Below are positions 25,374 to 27,694 of a stretch of 27,694 nt of DNA, one piece after another. The notes below the pieces were generated by a model. That model did not search any database, was not told where the DNA came from, and worked only from the letters and a program-made list of their open reading frames with translations. The stretch lies in contig JBAYFD010000001.1 in assembly GCA_041667365.1 (NCBI GenBank), positions 1 to 27,694 of the forward strand, read 5' to 3'. The DNA comes from Fibrobacteraceae bacterium. GTDB taxonomy: Bacteria > Fibrobacterota > Fibrobacteria > Fibrobacterales > Fibrobacteraceae. The first letter of the stretch is position 1; each line of letters opens with the position of its first letter. A program made the translations under genes and the position numbers.

Positions 25374-26209
25374 AACCATATTCCCTTTTTGTATTCCCAT
25401 TCCCAGCGGAGCGTCCCTTCCGTGTCCGTTCTGTGAACTTGTACTGAGTCCCCGAGCACTGCCGCTAACTTTTTGAGCGTGCTGCGGGCCGGATGCCCGT
25501 AGACGTTCCCTTTCCCCACGGAAATCGCGGCCTGCGTGGGTGCGAGGCTTGCAAGAAACGCGAGCGAGGAACTCGTCGCGGAACCGTGATGCCCCGCCTG
25601 CAAAAAATCCGCGCGGAGTCCGGGCGCGTAGGCGAGCAGTGCCGCCTCCTCTTCCCCGGGAAGGTCCGCCGGGAACAGGGCGGAAAACGTTCCGTCCGTC
25701 ACCTGCAAAACGACGCTCGCCGCGTTCTCTCCGAATTTTTCATAGTCTGGCGGCCACAGAATGCGGAACTTCCAGCTGCCGAAACGCCATTCCCGGGGCC
25801 GTTCCGCGATGGACCCAACCGTTCCGTGCTTATGCGCAAGGGCGAAAACGCTGTCCCGTATCCAGGCCCCCGCGGTGTCCGGCCCGTAGAAAAGGGTATC
25901 GACGGCGGGTCCGCCCGCGCTCCAGTCCAGAAGCCCTCCGGCGTGGTCCCTGTGCCAGTGGCTTACGAGCACCCAGTCGAGCCGTTGTATTCCGCGTGCG
26001 CAAAGGCTATCCGCTATTCCTGCGGAATCCGGCCCTGCGTCGAACAGGGCGTGGCGTTCCCCCTGCGAGAACAGCACGGCGAGTCCCTGACCCACATCGA
26101 GTACTTCCATGGTGAGCGTCTCCGGGTAGGCTTCCGTGTCGCCTCCGCAGCCGGTGAGCGCCGTCGCTGATATCGCCGCCATTATAAGTTTCATCAGAAA
26201 ATGAAGCAT
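25295..26209 (-). CDS. stand-alone ComEC/Rec2-type metallo-beta-lactamase-fold lipoprotein
   Basis: LDVGQG, FDAGP, SHWHRDHAGG (HxHxDH), N..SVVL, AGHHGS..SS, SVGKGNVYGHP, RTDTEG; lipobox LTGC. Start is 26209 or 26194. Confidence 0.8.
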   Translation of the reverse strand: MLHFLMKLIMAAISATALTGCGGDTEAYPETLTMEVLDVGQGLAVLFSQGERHALFDAGPDSAGIADSLCARGIQRLDWVLVSHWHRDHAGGLLDWSAGGPAVDTLFYGPDTAGAWIRDSVFALAHKHGTVGSIAERPREWRFGSWKFRILWPPDYEKFGENAASVVLQVTDGTFSALFPADLPGEEEAALLAYAPGLRADFLQAGHHGSATSSSLAFLASLAPTQAAISVGKGNVYGHPARSTLKKLAAVLGDSVQVHRTDTEGTLRWEWEYKKGIWFQASPEKPMRVWKCTTDGSDALTPKM

Positions 26210-26377
26210 GCGTCTCCTCTTGCTTCTTTGTTTCGCTGCTTGTTCCATGACATTGCCGGCTGATCCGGCGATTCACTCTTTAAAACGCACAGACCGCCGT
26301 TTCCCCTGTAAAACTTTTGCAAAATTTGCAAAAACTTCATTTTTTGCTAAATTTACTTCAACTATTCCTGGAGTCCT

Positions 26378-26746
26378 ATGCAGTTACCGAAATACAAGAA
26401 AAAGAAGCGCATCAAGCTCAAAATCTGCCAGGAACCGGGCTGCGGCCGCGAATTCTGGGGTCACCCTATCGCCAAGTACTGCGAACTCCACCGCGACATC
26501 AAGCAGCGCCAGAAGCAGAAAAAGGATGTGGAGAACATCGAGTCGAAGAACATCATCTTCCGCCACAACTACACGGAAGTGATGGACCTGCCGTTCAAGT
26601 GCTGTCTCGAAGGTTGCAACAATACGTTTATGATCAAGGTGTTCCCGAAGCAGTTCGTGTATCCGCGCTTTTGCGAAGAACACCGCAACGATTACAAACG
26701 CAACGATTTCCTTCGCCATATCCGCCTCAAGAATAGCGGCGAATAA
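26378..26746 (+). CDS. hypothetical basic protein with two C-x4-C...C-x2-H motifs
   Basis: GGAG SD, strongly C/G-ending codons, motifs CQEPGC..YCELHR and CCLEGC..FCEEHR. Confidence 0.8.
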   Translation: MQLPKYKKKKRIKLKICQEPGCGREFWGHPIAKYCELHRDIKQRQKQKKDVENIESKNIIFRHNYTEVMDLPFKCCLEGCNNTFMIKVFPKQFVYPRFCEEHRNDYKRNDFLRHIRLKNSGE

Positions 26747-26770
26747 GTTTTTTCGTCCGTCGAATGATAA

Positions 26771-26798
26771 AAAGCTCCCTTGAATATTCGGGGAGCTT
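26771..26798 (+). terminator. hairpin after the zinc-finger gene, overlapping the likely tRNA promoter
   Basis: AAAGCTCCC-N10-GGGAGCTTT; TATATT follows at 26801-26806. Confidence 0.5.
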
Positions 26799-26822
26799 TG
26801 TTATATTTGGGGCTGCACTCGT

Positions 26823-26898
26823 GGTGGGTGTAGCTCAGTTTGGTTAGAGTACCAGATTGTGAATCTGGTTGTCGTCGGTTCAAATCCGATTACCCACC
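26823..26898 (+). tRNA. tRNA-His (GTG), encoded G-1, CCA not encoded
   Basis: Acceptor GTGGGTG/TACCCAC, TAGCTCAGTTTGGTTAGAG D-arm, CCAGA-TTGTGAA-TCTGG anticodon arm, GGTTCAAATCC T-arm, C73 discriminator. Confidence 0.97.
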
Positions 26899-26901
26899 CT
26901 T

Positions 26902-26935
26902 CAAAAAGGACTCGCGTTCGCGCGGGTCCTTTTTG
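26902..26935. terminator. bidirectional intrinsic terminator between tRNA-His and the nitroreductase
   Basis: CAAAAAGGACTCGCG-TTCG-CGCGGGTCCTTTTTG; UUCG loop with A and T runs on both sides. Confidence 0.85.
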
Positions 26936-26954
26936 CATTTACCGGTCGGGCGGT

Positions 26955-27482
26955 TCATTTCGCATAAAAGATGCGTTTCTCTTTCCGCGCCGGAGCCTCC
27001 GGATATTCTCCGTCGACGTACCCGAGCGCACAGTGGGCTATGCCTTCGTAGTTTCCTTTTATTCCGAGGCTTGCGAGCCAGTCTTTCCATTCCTGCATTT
27101 CGAATTCCTGCTTTGCGCGGTGAATCCAGCAGCTTCCTATTCCGAGCGAGTGTGCGGCGAGCATCAGGTTCCCCATGACGAGACTTCCGTCATAAATGTA
27201 GGTCCCGCAGTCCTTGTCCGCCAGGACGATGAAAATGACCGGCGCCCCGTAGAACGGGTCGAATGTCTCCTTCCATCCTCCGATCCCGGCGTTGGCTTTC
27301 GACAGCCTGTCGCGCAGCTTTTTGTCTGTCACCGCGACGATGACCGCCGACTGCTTGTTCATTCCGCTCGCTGCATACGTGCCCGCTTCCAGGATCTGAT
27401 TCAAAATGTCATCGGGAATCATGTCCGGTTTGAATTTCCGGATGCTTCTCCGCGTCTTCATCTGTTCAAGGACTTCGTTCAT
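26955..27482 (-). CDS. nitroreductase family flavoprotein
   Basis: TRRSIRKF, AASGMNKQ, GNLMLAAHSLGIGSCWI, ALGY; GGAGG SD before ATG 27482. Confidence 0.92.
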   Translation of the reverse strand: MNEVLEQMKTRRSIRKFKPDMIPDDILNQILEAGTYAASGMNKQSAVIVAVTDKKLRDRLSKANAGIGGWKETFDPFYGAPVIFIVLADKDCGTYIYDGSLVMGNLMLAAHSLGIGSCWIHRAKQEFEMQEWKDWLASLGIKGNYEGIAHCALGYVDGEYPEAPARKEKRIFYAK

Positions 27483-27563
27483 TCTTAAACCTCCGGAGTT
27501 CAATATACTTAAGGGTACCTCTAAAAATTCATTTTTATGAAATTGTCAATAACACATTGCAAT

Positions 27564-27680
27564 AGTGGACTAAAGTCCTGTTGCCGAGCCTCAACAATGG
27601 CAAAGCAAGCTTTGCCGCTGTATTCGGCTTTTGCAACAGTCGTCACTCAAAGATGACCAATACCGCCAGTATTGGCCACT
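27564..27680. other. multi-hairpin palindromic element of unknown class
   Basis: Stems GGAC/GTCC, CTGTTGC/GCAACAG, GGCAAAGC/GCTTTGCC, GTCA/TGAC, CCAATAC/GTATTGG, and outer AGTGG/CCACT. Confidence 0.4.
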
Positions 27681-27694
27681 TTTGTGCTTACGCA

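Noticed and set aside
27545-27578. GTCAATAAC...GGACTAAAGTCC as an IS200/IS605 or IscB omega-RNA left end
   Set aside because: The long perfect stem typical of those ends is missing, TGTCAA is equally explained as a minus-strand TTGACA, and no tnpA, tnpB or iscB lies in the window. It could be revisited with the flanking sequence.

Overview
A 27.7 kb, roughly 60% GC chromosomal window with no integrase, transposase, CRISPR array or phage genes. The gene families (orphan C-terminal-Phe outer-membrane barrels, eukaryote-type HisA, conserved hypotheticals) suggest a Fibrobacterota genome; this is an inference, not a database result. Order: partial secreted protein (-); fmt, rsmB and two OMPs (+); minus-strand operon of a secreted AttH/Svf1-like protein, hisA, two paralogous GT4 glycosyltransferases and mutY; OMP plus Cys-rich lipoprotein (+); LeuT-like NSS transporter plus MetS-like microprotein (-); recD2 (-); 31-aa bS22-like ribosomal microprotein (-); pgi (+); a 141-aa orphan flanked by CGTC-type palindromic repeats (+); a coupled operon of aroA, membrane-anchored solute-binding protein and DacB(PBP4)-DUF1460 amidase fusion (-); acyl-ACP thioesterase (+); ComEC-type MBL lipoprotein (-); tandem zinc-finger-like protein (+); tRNA-His; nitroreductase (-); and a multi-hairpin element at the right edge. 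Best leads are (1) a possible peptidoglycan-recycling module of PBP4-amidase fusion plus anchored sugar-binding protein, (2) the neighbouring orphan, which by eye resembles a stand-alone FtsZ C-terminal subdomain, (3) two easily missed microproteins (bS22-like and MetS-like), and (4) the double C-x4-C...C-x2-H protein. All family calls come from motif recognition by eye; no searches were run.
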